Positions 60,740-64,000 of a stretch of 64,000 nucleotides of DNA are shown piece by piece. Made by a program: the position numbers and the translations under genes. The notes below the pieces were generated by a model. It worked only from the letters and a program-made list of their open reading frames with translations, searched no databases and had not been told where the DNA came from. This DNA comes from Dimorphilus gyrociliatus. Its lineage: Eukaryota > Animalia > Annelida. How positions within the stretch are numbered: the stretch's first letter is position 1; every line of letters begins with the position of its first letter. The DNA is taken from the NCBI GenBank assembly GCA_904063045.1, contig CAJFCJ010000118.1, positions 36,723-100,722 of the forward strand, given 5' to 3'.

Positions 60740-62985
60740 GTCTTGTCCGGTTTCATGTTCCACCAATGGCAATTGAATTATTGGAAGATATAAAGCCTTT
60801 CAAACAAAGACCATACAGATTGCCACCCAACAAACAGCAGGAATGCAGGGATCAATTAAATGGATTATTGGAAAATGGTCTAATTAGAGCAAGCAAAAGC
60901 CAATGGGCTTCACCCATTGTTTTTGTGAAAAAGAAAGAAGGAACATTAAGAATGTGTGTGGATTACAGAAAACTTAACAAGCAATCAAAAAAGAATTGTT
61001 ATCCAATCCCACATCAGGAAGATTTATTTGATAAGCTTGGAGGAGGCCACAAATATTTTTCTATATTGGATTTAACAAGTGCATTTCATCATATTCCAAT
61101 TAAAGAAGAAGATAAGGAGAAAACTGCTTTTATTACACCATTTGGTTTATTTGAATTCAACAGCATGCCATTTGGTTTGGCTAATGCACCTTCACACTTC
61201 AGCTATATCATGGCAATTTTGTTATTAATGGATTGGAAAACTTCTGCATTAATTATATGGATGATATTATAGTTTTTACCAAAACATTGGAAGAACACTT
61301 TGTAGCTCTACAGAAACTTATGTAAAGAATCAAGGAAAAAGACTTCAGAATTAAACTGAGCAAATGTGCATTCTTACAAGAATCAGTTCAATTCCTTGGT
61401 CATAGAATTACACAGAATGGTATTGAAACTGATCCTGAAAAGATTCAGAAAATAAAAGATGCCAAATTACCTATGTTTGCAAATACTCTGTTGAGTTTTG
61501 TGGCATTTTGTGGTTATTATAGAAGATTTGTTAAAGATTTTGCAAAAATCACAAAACCTTTGAGAGAATTATTAAAAGTACACCAAAAGACAGAAAAACT
61601 GAAATGGACAAAAAAAGCAGAGGAAGCTTATGAAACACTAGGGAATGCAATGACAGAGCCCCCAATCCTTCAACTGCCAGACTTTACTAAATCATTCTAT
61701 TTAACAACAGATGCTTCTAATTATGCAGTTGGTGCAGTTCTAGAACAAGAATGGGAAGAAGATGGAAAGAAAATAAGAAAACCAATTTCTTTTGCTTCCA
61801 AGCTCCTAATCAATACACAACTAAGATATGCAGCTTATCAAAAAGAGGCTTTTGCAGTATATTGGGCAGTACAAAAATTCTCCCATTATCTACAGTATAA
61901 GAAATTTTTTCTCTACACTGATCACCAAAATTTGGTACAAACATTTGTACAAAACAAACTGAATACAAGTACTGTTAAATGGGTGATGGCACTTATGGAT
62001 ATGGATTTTGAAATAATATACATACCAGGAAGAACTAATAGAGCAGACTGGATATCAAGAATTGGTGAAACTGATGAAGTAATTGATTTTCGTAATTTAC
62101 TTAAGGAAAGATTAAATGAAGAAAAACAAAAATGGCAATACAGTTCCCCAATTAGCAGAAAGAAAGGATATGCTTAAATGCTTTTATATTGATACAGAGG
62201 ACTTAGAAGAATTAGATGATTGTTTAGATGACAATCTAGACAATGATTATGATGAAGACATAACTGAAATCCAAGCCCAGATTATGAAACTAAAAATCAC
62301 ACCAGTTGAAATAAACTTCTATAGAGAACAAGTATTAGATACTCCACTAATGTTAGTTGTAGACAAATTGGAAGGAGAAAACATTGATAATAGGTCTTTG
62401 AATGAATATGGAAACTTTATTGAATCTATGTTTGTAAAAGAAGACCTTGTATGGTATCTAAATGGCTGTCAACCACTACTTGTAATTCCACTATCAACTC
62501 TAACCAACTTACTTGGACAAATTCATCAACATCAACTATTTGAGCACTATGGTGTAGACATAACAATTCACACTTTGGAGCAAGCTTTCTGGCACCCCAA
62601 GCTAAAGAAAACAATTAAAGATCACATAAAGAGTTGTGAATTTTGTGAGCAATTAAGAGCACCAGGCAACAAACATCTGTTGGTTGAAACACCTCACCCA
62701 ACTTTACCAATGCAAAGAATAGCTATGGACATAATGGGACCTCTGACTGGACATGATTCTTACAAGTATATACTTGTCATTATAGACCACATGTCCAGAT
62801 TTACCAACATATTCCCTCTAAAAACTCAAACAGCTGAGGAGATTTCTCAACATTTGTTTTTCAACTATTTCACAATATTTGGTATCCCAGAAGACATTCT
62901 CACTGATCAAGGAAGGAATTTTCTTGGGGAAATCTTTACAGAAATGGTGACATCAATGGGAATACAAAAAATTAAAACAACATAA
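60740..62985 (+). mobile_element. Ty3/gypsy pol fragment D (RT, RNase H, integrase HHCC and first two acidic residues), frameshifted and truncated
   Basis: WASPIVFVKKK...CVDYRKLN, TDASNYAVG, H-H...CEFC, IAMDIMG, ILTDQGRNF. Closely related to element C. Confidence 0.95.
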
Positions 62986-62989
62986 TATG

Positions 62990-64000
62990 AATTAATATCT
63001 TTTTCTACTGCCTACCCAAAATCTGTAATAGGATATTGATTTTATTCCAAATAATCATAGTAAGCAAGTAGAAATATCAGAAAAATTTAAACAAAGAAAA
63101 TATTGAATTTTTAGCCCTTAAAATTATTACAGTAGTGAAAAACCTACCTATAGTGTTCACTTAGAAATATCAGCATAATAATATTTAGACTTTAGATATT
63201 ATAGAACTTTAGAAAGCCTCATATTTTGTAGCAATTTTAATGGTGGAAGATTAGAAAGACATTTATTTAGTACAATTTTAGTCTAGAACTTTAAAAAGGC
63301 TCTTATTTCATAGGAAACATATTCTTTGACAAAAACAGATGTTGCATGATGGAATTAACAATGGCACAAACAATATTGAAAAAATGCATGTTAAACTAAC
63401 CCAACCCTAGTTTACAGACAAAGATATTAGGTTTTTCAACTCTTGTTTATTGTTATTATTTGAATCCAGTTGTAACACTTGCTTTTTTATTGCATATTTT
63501 TGGTTTTTTCTCACATTTTTATATAAAATTTCTATTCAGAGTTGTTTTTTTTTTACCTAGAAAATATGTAGATTTATTTTCAAGTATTTAAACTACATTT
63601 TAGATAGAATTAGATTATGATTAATAACATTGGACACTTGTTGAGAGGAGATTGATAAAAAGCTTTCAAAATATACAAAGAGATTATATATTGTGAATCA
63701 TTGATTTTTAGTTATTCAATATCAGCAAACATTTTTTGAATAAAATTGATTTGGTATTATCAAAAATAAATTAATATCTTTTTCTACTGCCTACCCAAAA
63801 TCTGTAATAGGATATTGATTTTATTCCAAATAATCATAGTAAGCAAGTAGGAATACCAGAAAAATTTAAACAAAGAAAATATTGAATTTTTAGCCCTTAA
63901 AAATATTACAGTAGTGAAAAACCTACCTATAGTGTTCACTTAGAAATATCAGCATAATAATATTTAGACTTTAGATATTATAGAACTTTAGAAAGCCTCA
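62990..64000 (+). repeat. ~230-bp direct repeat (62990-63221 and 63769-64000; the second runs off the window end)
   Basis: AATTAATATCTTTTTTCTACTGCCTACCC...TTTAGAAAGCCTCA is repeated 779 bp apart with few differences. Confidence 0.9.

Noticed and set aside
1-64000. CRISPR arrays, rRNA or tRNA genes, prokaryotic operons, true telomere
   Set aside because: None seen. The tRNA-like 20-mers are retroelement PBSs, the ~40-bp tandem units are degenerate and lack spacers, and the TTAGGG tracts are only 2-3 units inside MITEs.

Overview
This is an AT-rich eukaryotic (animal) genomic window with many very short introns (about 50-70 nt) and three N stretches (2828, 28451-29148, 51512-51521). GRL101-type receptors and the compact intron style suggest a small-genome lophotrochozoan such as an annelid; this is inference only. 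Host genes: a DEG/ENaC channel with a ~500-aa extracellular insertion; a secreted Calx-beta-like + ITIH-C-terminal (GDPH) protein; a SAMHD1 homologue whose HD catalytic motif is replaced but whose ORF and splice sites are intact; a secreted PAN/apple-domain protein; an intronless class A GPCR; a degenerate EGF/cadherin gene; and three GRL101-like LDLa-LRR-7TM receptors plus a partial duplicate. All three receptors appear to continue after TM7 into a conserved, spliced tail resembling a degenerate protein-kinase C-lobe. The right half is a nest of Ty3/gypsy elements with tRNA-Ser PBSs, TGTAC..GTACA LTR ends and solo LTRs with TSDs. The nest includes remnants of an envelope-like ORF whose Cys/Gly pattern matches class III (herpes gB / chuvirus-like) fusion glycoproteins, lying directly upstream of an LTR. 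Mariner and Tc1 relics and a TIR-bounded MITE carrying TTAGGG repeats are also present. All exon models and homologies were read by eye; no database search was run.
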